From: Amphiscolops sp. MND2022
Lineage: Eukaryota
Reading direction: 5' to 3'
DNA: 64,000 bases
Assembly: GCA_964187785.1 (NCBI GenBank)
Contig: OZ076409.1
Span: 78,494,001 to 78,558,000 of the forward strand
The notes under the pieces were generated by a model. That model did not search any database, was not told where the DNA came from, and worked only from the letters and a program-made list of their open reading frames with translations. This document shows positions 48,201 through 60,741 of the stretch, piece by piece. The position numbers were made by a program, and so were the translations under genes. Each line of letters opens with the position of its first letter. Position 1 is the first letter of the stretch.

Positions 48201-50721
48201 GTTGGCATTTTTTGGATTGTGACGTTTTGCAAAATTATTCAAACACTTGGCGTATTTGAAACACTTTGCATTTTCTAAACCATGAGGAGTTTTTGAGATA
48301 ATCATTTTTTAGTCGGCGTTTTGAGTTAACTGAAATCACCTGACTAGTGCAGTTGCCTCCGATTTTTCGCCAAGGCAGACACGAATGCATTGGAAGGGAT
48401 GAGATGACCGCATTGAAATTTTTGTTCATTCGTTCTGAAAACAAGTCAACAGTTGGTAGATTCAAATAACAAGGAGATAGATACCGACAAAACATGTGAA
48501 GTAGCATATTGAAGCAACTTTGTCAATTTGTTTGCTGCTCAAATTGATGGCACAATGTTTTTTGCAGCATTTTCTCAATAACTCTATGTTTTAAGTTCTT
48601 CAAGTTCCCTAAATTTTCATAGGTTTTCTGCTGACGAAGAGCTAACTAATTTATGTGGTTAATTTTTCAATTCTACATGACATCTCACTGTACGAAGTAT
48701 TAACTTGTCGCATATAGTTTTTGAGTCTTCTGTAAAGTTCATGAATCTTTTGAGATTGGGATCTAGAGGAATTATCTAATTGTTAAAGATGTGAACAACC
48801 CTTTTAGTCACATATACGTTAGCAAGTCCTAAAAAGATGTCTTAATTTTTTGAAATAAAAGTTCAGTTAGTGTTTCGTTCGAAATGCTTGAAAGTGACGT
48901 ACGTCTCTTTCCTTTTAGGGACATAAAGGGGAGCAACTTGATGCTGATGTCTGATGGCACCATCAAATTGATTGACTTTGGATGTGCTAAGAAGATGGCA
49001 ATGGTAAGTAGCATAGTCCTTCAATGTCTCAAAAGATGTTTTTACCTGGCTGATAATTGAATTCATCTGTCTTTTCCACAATCAAACAGCCAATCTACAA
49101 GTATTCAAAATGATTACGTAACGCTTCAACGAGTGCGAAGTAACAAAGAGTGCATCTGTCCTCGTCTTGTTTCTAGAAGTTGCCAATTAACGTTTCTTTG
49201 ATTCAATTTTTGAAAAGTTCAAGTGAAAAGAAATTTTAAAGCTGGGCTCACAACTTTATCAGTTCAAATTTATCCTGAAATCTTGTACTTGAATAGCAAA
49301 GTTGCTAACATCAGATAGAAATTTGAGTTTCAAGTGTTATCTTTTAAAGATATTCGAAATTGGTGTATTTTGGAAGCTCGAAAAAGTTTTGCAGAAGATT
49401 GTTAGCTTTGGGAAAGTGTTGGCGATATATGCTTATACCATTCACAAAAGTAACAAGACACCTTCATTTTTTTCAACTTTTTCAATACAACTTTTTACCG
49501 ACAACATATTTTTGAGCCATTAAACGTATGCCAACTAAAAGGTTCGAAACTTTCACGAATATTTCAAACATTTACTAGCTTTTACACTCTTTACCTTTTT
49601 ATGGTATAATTAGGAACTGATTTTCATATTTCGATACGAAAAAAAATGGAATAAAGTTTACAAAAAAGTACAAAAGTTATTCGTACCAACAAATTTTACC
49701 AAAATTTTTAATGTATTGCAATGTTTCTTTTTTTTTACAGAACTTAACAATGACGAGATCGCGTGTGCTCAAATCAATGAAGGGCACTCCTTACTGGATG
49801 AGTCCGGAAGTGATTAAAGAGACTGGTCATGGTCCAAAGTCAGACATCTGGAGTATCGGATGCACTGTTTTCGAAATGGCCACCTGCAAACCACCTTGGG
49901 CAGAGATGGTACCTTCTTTTAGTTCCTACTTTTTAAAAACATGTTCTACAATTTAGATTTTGTTTTCTGAAAAAAGTCTTGGTTTTAGCTAACTTGGTTT
50001 CTAACTTCTCCGCTTTTTGCATCCCATGAACGACCGACCCCCCACCCACACAAGAAAAGTGTTGAATAACAAATCAAACTCACTTCAGAGTACCTTAAAA
50101 GCCATGCAATCGTTTTTCTATAGTATTCACACATAATCGAAATACCAGTATTATTTCGTTTCTCTCTAGAAACCTCTATTCTGTCTATGTTTTCATTTTG
50201 TCATCTGCGAAAGTCAAGGGGGAAGAGCCGTTGTTGCAGGGAGACTACAGACTACTGTATATGGCACAATGTAGTCCATATCGTTTTTCAGCGTAAAAAT
50301 TTGTGTTTACGAAAACAATGACTTAAAAATTTCAAAATACTGATGACCATCGAAGGAGTTATGAAAGTGTACCTCAAAATCCTCAAAATAGAAAGTTTGA
50401 GGAACGACGCTCCCAGATATTTTAGGCATTTTTCTGATCATTTATATGAGCTGTAGACGAGTTTTTGTTTTAAAAGTTGCAATTTTTGTTCAGATTCCAA
50501 TTGCAGCCTTATTTGCAATCGGTTCAAACGACAAGCCCATCCCTTGTCTCCCGGACGACCAGTACTCGAAGGAGATTGTCTCCTTTGTGCGCATGTGTAT
50601 GATCAGAGAAGAAAAAGACAGACCCTGTGCTTCCTTGTTGCTATCCTACGACTTCCTGTCATCCCACAGACTGCGCAGGGAGCGCAAGGCATCCCGAAAC
50701 TCCTCCCAACATGGTGCTTAA
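39219..50721 (+). CDS. MAP3K19: MAP3K19/YSK4-like STE11-family Ser/Thr kinase gene (spliced; 5' end uncertain)
   Basis: Phase-consistent GT-AG exons: 39219-39252, 39797-40023, 40396-43349, 43742-44040, 44314-44493, 48919-49003, 49741-49908, 50494-50721. Motifs [57 protein letters not shown]. Long low-complexity N-terminus with a C-terminal kinase, as in MAP3K19. Confidence 0.85.
39797..40023 (+). CDS. MAP3K19: Kinase gene exon
   Basis: ctacag acceptor, A|GTTAGT donor, phase matches the next exon. Confidence 0.7.
40396..43349 (+). CDS. MAP3K19: Kinase gene giant exon (~985 aa, S/K/N-rich, probably disordered)
   Basis: 1015-aa ORF; ttctag acceptor; GAG|GTATAC donor in phase 0 with the kinase exon at 43742. 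Confidence 0.8.
43742..44040 (+). CDS. MAP3K19: Kinase exon (subdomains I-IV)
   Basis: [30 protein letters not shown]...[25 protein letters not shown] donor. Confidence 0.93.
44314..44493 (+). CDS. MAP3K19: Kinase exon (V-VIa)
   Basis: YIGT...[11 protein letters not shown]...YLHDNNVVH. Confidence 0.93.
44389..47372 (+). repeat. Near-identical tandem duplication, unit 1492 bp, starting inside a kinase exon
   Basis: 44389-45880 matches 45881-47372, with about three substitutions seen. Confidence 0.95.
48919..49003 (+). CDS. MAP3K19: Kinase exon (catalytic loop, DFG)
   Basis: (R)[28 protein letters not shown]; ttttag acceptor and GTAAGT donor. Confidence 0.93.
49741..49908 (+). CDS. MAP3K19: Kinase exon (VIII-IX)
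   Basis: [43 protein letters not shown]. Confidence 0.93.
50494..50721 (+). CDS. MAP3K19: Kinase terminal exon (X-XI)
   Basis: AALFAIG..P.LPD..FVRMC....[12 protein letters not shown] stop, then AATAAA at 50726. Confidence 0.9.
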   Translation: MPIAALFAIGSNDKPIPCLPDDQYSKEIVSFVRMCMIREEKDRPCASLLLSYDFLSSHRLRRERKASRNSSQHGA

Positions 50722-51542
50722 TCACAATAAATGTCTATTTAATTACCTCAAAAACTTATTTTCTATATTCTGCCGATACCAAAAAGTAGATTTTGATTCT
50801 GTTACCAACTCAGCTTTCACCAAAAGATTCAAGTGAAAAACTATATCGATTATGAGTTCGGGTTTCTTACTAAGGAGCCCGAACTCATAATCTATATAGT
50901 TTTTCACTAGTAGTCGACACGTACATCTGATTACAGTCAATTAGCAATGACTGGTATTATGGATCCATTTGGTGCCCATTTTTTTTAGACCTGTGTAACT
51001 TTGCATAAGTTGAAATATCGAAACTCATAAAAAGTATTTCTTAGATGAATATGGCGCCTTGTATAGCAGATCGCCGTTTTCTGGAGAGTTTTCATGGAAG
51101 CAACTTACTTGTGAAATCTTAGCAAGTAAAGAATATGGTATGGTTGAATTGTGTTGAGAACGATGAAATGATGACTTTTATTGAGAGACTATCTGCGTTT
51201 GTCGAAAATGGTCTCAATCTGAAAGTTCATGCTTTCATTTTTGGGAACAGTTTCTCGAAAAGATTCACATGTAAAGGATCCTTCTAACTAATGTACCATC
51301 CAATAAATGTATTAAACCACATTAAAATCATTTAATTGGCTTCATCGCTCCGCACCCAATCCCCCTTGGGGCACATACCCGCCGCGCTAATCACAAGGCC
51401 ACGTAGCAGGAACAAATTACATATATTTATAAAATCAGTCAGTTTGCTGGAATTATACAAAGAAACGCCACTACTGTAGTCTGCCTTTTCTAACAAAAGC
51501 CCTGACTAAAAACGACAGGTACGTTACTATCTAACGTTACTT

Positions 51543-52546
51543 TAATAAGACGGAAACGCTCCAAGTCGGCACCCTGTTTACGGCTAAAAATAGCAAAATC
51601 TTTGAAACATGCTCGAAGACATTTGTTGAAATAGTTCTGACCCTTTATAATTCCTTAGTTGAATTTGGCAGGAAGTTTTTTAGCTGCTTTCATACATTCA
51701 AGGCTATTTTTTTCACAAAACATGGAAATCCCGGAACCCTGCTTGAGGACCTTTTGTAGGACGAGGATGCAGCGTTCACATTTATACTTCTTAACCGTCT
51801 CCATCACTTCGTTTTCACACATTTCTACGAGAATAATCACCGTCAATCCGACTGCACGTTGAATATGGCGTTACTTTGAAACTTACAACGTAACTGAAGT
51901 TGACTGATTGCATTGAAATAACGGTGAAATTGATGAGGTGTCAGCTACATTTAAAAAGAGAACCGATTCTCGATGAAATCTGTAAAACTTCATGAGTCCG
52001 AATTGCCGCCAAATTTGGGATGCATCTTTCGGGCAGATTGATATGATAATTTTCAGTTAAAACAGTGAAACTTTTATACTTTCCGTGAAAGTTTTTGTGA
52101 AAATTTCCGAAAAGGTTCTTTGAAAGATTGGAAAATTCGCTTGAACACCAACAAGAAATAAGTGTGTGAAAATTTCGAGCAGTTTCAACTAGTTATTACA
52201 CTAGCATTATTAATCTCACAGTGCCAAAATACCCGAAAGGGCACCCTGGTTCGAAAAATGCTCTTCAATGAACATTCTGTCGCAAAAATTGAAGCGGGAC
52301 CCTTTGGTGGAAAAAAGTTTCGAACAAAAACTGAAAGGGGGGACACTTTTGTCTCACCTGGTATTGTATGAAACGCGGAAAAAAGGAAAACTTTTTTGGT
52401 TCAGTTCCTTGGGCCAACATGTACAATTTAAGATCTTGTAGAACTTTCGGTAGAACTATTATGATCACTTTAGGTGTATCAAAAAGCACTGACGAAAAGC
52501 CAAGACTATAGTCGACTCTTTTCTAAAGAAAAGCGCCGACTAAAAA
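51543..52546 (-). mobile_element. HINE (Helentron-like) copy, reverse orientation
   Basis: aataagacggaaacgctccaagtcggc at the left (3' end) and gtcgactcttttctaaagaaaagcgccgactaaaaa at the right (5' end). Confidence 0.55.
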
Positions 52547-54383
52547 ACCAAGTATATGAAATATGCAAAAGTCAATCAAAAATACCGTGCCGGAAAATAT
52601 CCGAAGGGAGATACCCATAGGACGCGAAAACCGCTTTTTCCCAACTGGAAACAACTTTTTTTCCGAAAAACTTTCTTTTGGAAAAAGTGTCACAGTGCCG
52701 AAAAAGGAGCTTCAGGCTCAAAACAAGTGGCACGGTGTTAAAAAAAGCAGAATGTCGAGTTTTTCTTTCCGGAAAAGCCTGGAAGTGTCTCAGAAGAAGA
52801 CCCTCTGCGTTCGGAAAATGTTTTTTTCTCGAGTCTCTAATTTTTGAAAATTGTGGTTTTACACAAGTTTTTAAAAAACTCTCATCCTATCCAGGGGACC
52901 GCAAAACATTGAAAGAGGTTATTCTCAGGACTTGGAAAAAATTTTCCTTGCAGAGAACTTCAAAAAACCACAAAGTGTGAATAAAATTTCCGAAATTTAT
53001 TTTCGAAATTTTCTTACAGAATTCATCTGAAATCTTCGGTATATCTCATTTTGCCGACAAAATATAAGCTGGCCTTCTATGCTCGCGAAACGCTTGGTTT
53101 CTGCTAAAATCCAAGGGGGGCTCAGGGGTTTTTAAAGTTCAGAAAAAAATCGCATTGTATCGAATCGAAAAAAAAACCAAAGCGGACCGGATATATTGAA
53201 ACAACATGGGCTTTTCCCTGTTCCCCCTAACATCTTAATTGTAAGAGACATTCAGCATAGTTTTTGTTCTCATTTATTTGATGTGTTATTGTGAATGAGG
53301 CTTTTTTATGCACCTGCTAGTTGGTAACCCTTCAAGTGTCAACGGGTTCTCATTTGGCCAGCCAAGAATAGAAACGGACATTTTTGAGGTCATGAGTTTT
53401 TGACGAGAAACTACTTTAAGGATTTTTGTAAGGTAACCTACTGAAAAAGTAGTTTTCCTGCACCCAATAATAATTATTTTGGCCTAATCTAGCTCCTATG
53501 CGGGATTTATGAGCCATGAATTTGTTTTGGGTTGTTCCGTGTTCCAGTCCTTGGCAGCGTGTCTCCATGGTTCCTCAGGATTTGTAAAGACTGGTCCAGG
53601 ACTTGTAAGGCTAAAAGTGACACATGTAAGGACTCGTCTAGAACTTGACAAGTCCTAACCAGTCTTTGGGAAGGCTTGGCAGTCCTGGAATTCAAATTTT
53701 CGTCAGTACGGGGATAATTATGATAATAAGTCTTCAATATAACTATCAGTTATAACTGAAACATAGAAATTCAGGGTAAGCATATGACTTTCACCCATTT
53801 TTGGTCTTCTGGCATAATAAATTAACCTTTTCCAAATTAAAATGACCATACTCAACGGTGACCCACTCTGGGTCGCCTATTTGTTGAAATCAATGGTGGG
53901 AAAGAAAGCTATTCTCAACAAAAGCTTTAGTTTTGCCTTGATTCTTTTTCTCGAATACTTAATCTTCTTTCAAAAACGTTCAAAAAACAGTTTCATTCTT
54001 AATCTAAATTAAAATAGGTGCTATAGCATTACAATTTCCACCTCCACATTTGGCAAGATAAAATGTTGATAAAGTTCGGTCGTTTTCAATTCTATCTATC
54101 TATTTATTGCCCAATACCTGTGTAAATACTTTTATACTTCCAGTTGAACATTGACAATAACTGAATCAAAGAATTTGAATATTCACATCCATCCATCCTC
54201 GGTTTCCAGCAGACAAGTTTAGTTTTTTTCCAGTCCAGTTTCCCAGCTTCTGGATCATCAAAAGGACGAAAATCGCACATGGAAGAATAGAGCTTCTCAA
54301 CAACTTGGAGCTGCACATGGGGTTTGTTGTGAAGTCTACGCCATGGATGGGTCGATTATCCTAATTCGTAACTAATTACCTAA

Positions 54384-54692
54384 TTAGTGGCCTGATTGAA
54401 GAGCTTCTTCTTTATCTGGAAAAGACAGGGTATAAAGAAGCACCATGTCTGCAGTCAATATTGTCACCAGGTAAACCACACCCATAGCCTTGTCTAAAAT
54501 TGTGGCTACCCTCATCCAATCTTCTTTGTTTTTGTTCATCTGCTGGACCACTTGATGAAGAGAATTGATCATTTTATCTGGGTCAAATTTTCTGGCTCTG
54601 AAAACACTGGATCTTTGTGGAACTATGATTCCGTTGTGATTAAAGCACCCCATGAAACCGGCATCGTTCCATAGCTCTTTTTTCAACTTGCC
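54384..54692 (-). CDS. LGIC terminal exon (MA helix, M4)
   Basis: acag|GGCAAG acceptor; EDWMRVATILDKAMGVVYLVTIL. Confidence 0.88.
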   Translation of the reverse strand, partial: GKLKKELWNDAGFMGCFNHNGIIVPQRSSVFRARKFDPDKMINSLHQVVQQMNKNKEDWMRVATILDKAMGVVYLVTILTADMVLLYTLSFPDKEEALQSGH

Positions 54693-56995
54693 CTGTCGTC
54701 AAAGTTTCCAATCATGCTTACATATTTATGACCAGTAAAGTGGAATACAAACTTGCTTTTTGGCTAAAAATTGTAGTTAATCAGAAAACTAAGGTTCTTG
54801 GCAGAGCAGAGCAAAGTTACGGTATCAAGTCTTATGCAGTAGTGAGAAACTTTTTTTTAAAAAACTTCAGTATTTTGTATTTGTTTTGTTTTGTAGTCCT
54901 TCAAGAACTCTGTTGTATTATATATTTTTTATTGTATTCTCAATTTAAATTTCGTTTTCTTTTGGTTGGGTCATCGGCGCCAGTTGAGAGATCTCGGTTT
55001 CCTGATTTGGCTAATCAAATTCTGGGCCGTTTTTAGGCACCCTAAATAACTTCCACTTTTGTGATCTCACTCATTCTGATCAAGCTGAAATTTTATATGG
55101 TCTAGACCTTTGTCAGTCTAGAACAATAAAGTTCGACGGCTGGCGTGAAGTATAGTCCATACAAATGCTTTCAAAGAAAAAGAACCATCATTTCAAGGTA
55201 AAAGCGACATTTAAAACATTATAAACTCGTGTATTCAAAGTTTGGTCTATATTATTTATTGCAGTGTCCTTTACTTTTTAAGGGAGAGTTCTGTTTCGTT
55301 CGAGATCAGTTATGTATAAACCACATAACTTGTTTGTCATGGTAGACTATGATCAGTCTGGGTCTCCTCGTCAGATCAACCCAGGAATTTGAAAAAAAAA
55401 TTCTTCGAAATGAGAGACGTAGGCTTGATGCTTGATGAATTTTTTTAAAAAAATGTTTTTTTGGGTATTTCATTACAAATTGAATGAAATACTGTTCTCA
55501 TCAGTAGAACCTGTTTATGAAACATCAACTGGGTTTCAAACAAAACTCAATAGATTAGCATGAAATTAGCGTGATTTATAGTGAGAGGAGGAGAGGCTCA
55601 ATTTTTTTTACTGAATTGCACCGGAAACGTAATTTGCTTCCATTTTTTTGCTATTTTTAAAGGAAACCCTGCCTGTCGCATTGCTTTCTGCACTACCCGC
55701 CATTTGCTGCCTGGTTGCAGTCTGTAGATCATATTTTCTGTATCATCCACAGCCATCGTCACTCCATTCACGTTCTCCCTTTTTATCCGCGAGGGGGCGA
55801 ACACTCTGATGATGCATCTTGATGCACAGCGACAGCAACAACAAAACTTGCTCTCACAGCACACATGACACCTACAGTCATGGATGTTGAGAAAAATTTT
55901 CAATTAATACTAAATTTGAAGAGTCTTGCTTTAACTCATAAACTTTTCGTCAAATATATTTTTGGCTCAAAACTGGTTCTCAGTTTAACTCTAGATGGAC
56001 GATGGTACGATTTTGTACCAATTAGTTTCTACAGACTTCTGAAGGCGCCAGCTGGCAATATGGTAAAGAATACTCTTGAATAAGATTTTCAGACGATATT
56101 ACATAACATTGCTCGCCTTTTCACGAAATATTGACTTGATGTCTCCGAAATCAAGAAAATGAGACCAAAAATCGAAAAAAATGAGTGCAGATTTTCGGTT
56201 TTTCCAGTTTCCGGTTGTGGCCACTTTATCCCACTAGTATCAAGATTGTGTCGAAGCGGCCTAAGCCTTTTTTGAAACTTGCTGAAATGCAATCAGAGAC
56301 ACGAGGCGTGCATGGTTTTGGCGCAAAGTCCGGAGCCAGTGTGGCGAAACCGCACAGAAGCGGAGGACATTGCACAAAAACCTTGCGCACCAATGGGCCC
56401 CCAGCGTAGCAATTCAGAAATCAAGTTGAAAACCCTGATTGACTTCTTTCGAACGCTCTATAAACCGTTTGTCGGATTCGAATAGATTAGAAGATATTGC
56501 CGTTTAAAGCTTAGGCATCAGATTTTTGGATGGATCCGAAAATTTCCTCGTCCATTTAGGGTTAATTACTTTTCCAAACACTATTTTGAAAATCATTCCC
56601 GACAAAGGCAGCGAAGTGTTCAGTTTTGACCACAATGGCATTATTTGCCCATCAATTTTCTCAAAGCTCAGACACTGAAACATCCATTCCTTCTTTTACA
56701 CCAGCCGGAAAACATGCGGCAAAAGACGGTGAAGCGGAAGGAAAAGAAGGGGTCGAGGATTTTGAAGCATATGAACTTGAGGGTGAGTGGAACTGGATAA
56801 GGACTGGCGTGGGAATGGATGTTGTACACGACCAGACATGCGCAGATGGCGAAGGAATTGAGCAGGATGGTAACGAGGAAGTAGATGCAGAGAAAGGGAA
56901 GGTTCTCACTCGTCACCGGCAGTTTCTCAGACACGATCAGCTGATTAACTGTCAGGGCTAACAATAGGGTGATTCCAAACGATACCTTCTCACCA
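54384..56995 (-). CDS. Cys-loop ligand-gated ion channel subunit (nicotinic acetylcholine receptor-like), M2-M4 exons; extracellular domain not seen in the window
   Basis: Exon 56702-56995 encodes GEKVSFGITLLLALTVNQLIVSEKLPVTSENLP plus M3. Exon 55871-~55673 is Cys-rich. Terminal exon 54384-54692 encodes EDWMRVATILDK plus M4. Confidence 0.88.
55673..55871 (-). CDS. LGIC M3-M4 loop exon (donor uncertain)
   Basis: tgtag acceptor, open frame; phase-0 donor is either CAG|GCAGGG or CGG|GTAGTG. Confidence 0.65.
56702..56995 (-). CDS. LGIC exon encoding M2 and M3
   Basis: ttttcag acceptor; TG|GTGTAA donor in phase with the next exon (TG+G = Trp). Confidence 0.9.
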
Positions 56996-57699
56996 CTGAA
57001 AAATAAAGTGCTTCGGAATAAAACTCAAGAAAATGTTCTTTACCTCTTCATTGATTTGCCTATGCAAATCTTTGCATTGCAGAATGAAAATCGCTAAATG
57101 TAATAATTCAATTGGTTCAATTCAGGTTTATCGATTGAGTGAGACGAATTGGTCTACTTATCTACCTTCGTTGTCTTGAAACTATGAATGGAATGTTTTG
57201 GGGGGATTCTTTTTCCCTAGATTTTCTTCTGAAACTGCTACATTAATTTTGCAACAAGACGCCCGCTGAGCAGCGAGATATTTTCCGCCTTCAACTGTTC
57301 TACAACTATACAAATTTGAGGCTCAAGACTAGCCAAAGCACTATGAGAAAAAGTTCGAAGAAAAAAGCTTTGATTCATCTTAGTCCATTTTTAAAGGCAA
57401 AACCTAATTTATTATTTTTGCAATAGCTGCACACTTTTTGTATTTTCGGCACTATGCGACTTACCGCGTAAAGATAACCTTTTGGAAGACAATTTTCGAC
57501 AAACATTTTTCACAAATTTTAGTTTTCGGGGTTTTCTGTAAAGGAAATAGGTTTCCCGAGTCTTGGGGTGACCTCATTGTTACTTTTGACACTTTGGAAC
57601 TGAGGGGTTTTTTGATGATTGTGGAAAATGCCTCTTTTCATTTTTGTTTTTGGGTCATTCTCAGGTTTTCTTCCTACGTGGGAAACTGCAAAAACATTT

Positions 57700-59692
57700 T
57701 CCCCTTGAAGGTTTACTCCATTTCTAGTGAATTCGCTTGGAGCTTTTTGAATATTAAATATTTCACAAAAAAAGGTCGAAAAGGAATTTTACGTTTTCGA
57801 ATAAATTTTTTGAAAATTGTGCACAACACGTAGTCTGATATCTTTCCGAAACACTGCCGGCAGCTACACGTTTCAATCCTGAGCCTATGGGTTTTCTGAT
57901 TGGAATAAATTTTCGGAAAGGTTCCAAAATTGTTACTTGGTTGTCGAAAATTCAGAAAATTCGGAAATTCTGACACCTTTGTTGTAAACTCGAAGAACTT
58001 CATCGTACTTTCGTTCTCAAATTGCGTTTTGAATACCTTAGTGTTTCAACGTTCAGGTAAATGGAATTTCAATTCCACAAAACTTTCGTGATTTGAACAA
58101 ATATTTGGATTGATTTGTCAAAAACGTGCTTTTTTGTCGTTTGTTGGATTTTGAGGTGTTTTTGAGACCAATTCCAGAAAAATTGCAGCTATATCTTCAA
58201 AAATGTCTACTGGTTACCGAGATCAGTCATTACTGTTTTTAATATCCTTTATCCAAGGAAGCAGCTGAAACGTCGTACAAAAAAGTGCATAAAATGTTTT
58301 AAAAAATGAAAATTTGAACATTTTTGCTTTATTTGGGTCATTCTGAAAAAATTTTCTGCCATAAGATATGAGAGTTTCTCTTCCAAAAACGTGCTGCGAA
58401 CCTAATTTTATCATATTAAACTTTTGGAAGCTTTATCTTTAGAATTTTCCATTGTCAAAATTTTCTCAAATAAAAATTCACTGGAAATAGGCAAAATTTC
58501 GACATTCTGCAGTCAATTTCGACCATTTTCAAACGAAGTCTGCAAATTCTTCCTCAATAGCCTACTGGATTATGAGTTCAATCATTTTTGAACTTTTGCT
58601 AACATTCTGACACCACAACGATTCAAAACGTACATATAAGCGGCAAAAAAAACGAGATGTTGAACTTTTACGATGTTTCAACCCATTTGGAGTTATTCTG
58701 GAGAGTTTTTGAAGCGTACTGCAGAGTTTTCGTTTTTTTTTTCGTTTCGATTGTGTTAGAATTTATTACGAAAACTCCCGGAAAATGTACAGAAATTGCA
58801 TCAAAACGACAAAAACTAAATTTATCGACATTACCTGAGTCAATTTGAGGCATTTTCTATTACAAATTGTATTAATCTCTCAACGGAAGCTCACTGAAAC
58901 GAGGAGTCTTTCAATTATGTAGGGGTTTAACTTTCTAGTCCACGAGGTCTATCGATAATTTGACAAAAACTGCCTAAAACATTGAAAATTTGAAAATTTT
59001 TGGTTTTTTCATTTTTGGTGTCATTTTGTGAAAATTTTCAATTAGAAAACTGCAATTATCTCTTCATAAAAGACTACTAGACAACAGACTTTTTCCTTGT
59101 TGACCCCTTTTCACATTCCAGTCTTCGAAGTCGGTCATGGATTTGACAAAAACTGCATGAAAAGTTTTGGAAGTTTGAAAGTTTTGGAATTTTTGTCATT
59201 TTCGGTTCCAATTTGAGAAGTTTTTTAATTTGAAAACCTTAATTAACTCCTCGGAAAAGACTACTGGACAACAAACGTTCCTTGTTCACTCTTTGCAACG
59301 TTTCAATCTACGAAGTCTGTCGAAAATTTGATAAAAATTGCATGAAAACGAGTTCGTGCCTTGTTTAACCGTTTTAACATTGTAATTCACGATGTCTATC
59401 GAAAAAATGACAAAAATTGCGAAAAAAACTTCAAAAATTGGGAAATTTTTGAATTTTTGTCATTTTCGGAGTCTTTTTGGGTCATTATGGGGTTATTTTC
59501 GTCATCCCAGAACAGTCCAAAAATCTCTACATATACATATCGCATGAAGCTAAATTTACGTGCGTTGAATTCGTTGGGTAACACTTTTTAAGGTGAATAT
59601 AAATTTCGTGCTTGGCAAATTTTGAAAAAAAAACCTGTTTGATTCAATTATTTTCCTTTCCCATATGAAAAATGGGCGGAAAAGAATAAGTA
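57700..59692. repeat. Degenerate ~184-bp tandem array ending in a ~200-bp terminal segment
   Basis: tttgacaaaaactgc recurs at ~58958, 59142 and 59327; 59480-59692 is an inverted copy of 60742-60980. Confidence 0.65.
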
Positions 59693-59764
59693 CTTGCCTC
59701 TTGGTCAGTGCCTGGCTGGGGACGGAAAGCAAGAATACGTAGTTCTAGTCACTCTCTGGACTAG

Positions 59765-60267
59765 TTTTTTTAGTCGGCGCTTTTCCTGAAAAGAGCCGAC
59801 TACAGTCATGGCTTTTCGTCAGTGTTTTTAAATTTTTTTAAAGACCACCTGAAGTGACCAAAATAGTTCTACCCCAAAAGTTCCACAAAAGTTTAAGAAG
59901 CCGCCAAATTGTACCCGTTGGCCCAAGGAACTGAACCAAAAAGGTTTCCCGCGTAACATACAATACCGGACGAGACCAAAGGCTCCCCCCTTACAGTTTG
60001 TTTCGGCATTGGGGGACTTTTCTTTCGGGAAAAATTATTCCCCAAAGGTTCTTCTTTCAATATTTTGGAGTTTTGCCACAGAATGGATGTTTCAAAATCC
60101 CAAAGGGTCTCCTCCTCTTTTCAGTTTTTTTCGGCATTGTGAGACTTTTTTCAAATTTTTTTCTTCATAAAATGTTCCAAAATCACCAATACTTTGACAT
60201 TTTGAAGTCCTTTTTACTATTTTTGAGCCTTAGATATGGTCCCGACTTGGACCGGTCCCGGCTTGTT
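59765..60267 (+). mobile_element. HINE (Helentron-like), complete copy
   Basis: TTTTTAGTCGGCGCTTTTC-CT-GAAAAGAGCCGACT 5' hairpin; 3' GAGCCTTAGATATGGTCCCGACTTGGACCGGTCCCGGCTTGTT. Confidence 0.72.
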
Positions 60268-60741
60268 AATGCTTGCAAAGGTAAAGCAGATGAAAGGGTC
60301 CCCATTTGAAATTTTTGTCACTGTGCGGCTATTTTCGCCAGAAATTGGACCCACTTTTTGGGTTGGCCCAAAATCTAAAACACTTTGTGCCTCCCTTTTG
60401 CTTTTTATACCCTTTCACTTGAAATAGAATTCTGATTGAGAAAAAAGGGTCCACCATCAAAAAATTCGATCAAAACTTTTTTCTGTCACCAGGGGTCTCT
60501 GACCAGAGGCGAATTTTTGAATTCTTTCAATTTGAAGCTTAATCAAGAGAGGGCACTTCGGTTTTAAAAAATTAGAAAAAGTCGCATAGTGGCTTAAAAA
60601 CCGCAAAGGGGACCCTTTGGTCTCCATCAACTTTTGCAAAGATACAAAATTCTAGTTTAGTGCGAGACTCGAACCCAAACTCTCCTGCTTCTCAGACCTC
60701 AGGAAACACAGGTTAACTTCTCGGCCAAGTTAGAATATGCT

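Noticed and set aside
56626..56961. Acidic 111-aa plus-strand ORF
   Set aside because: Antisense shadow of the hydrophobic LGIC M2-M3 exon.
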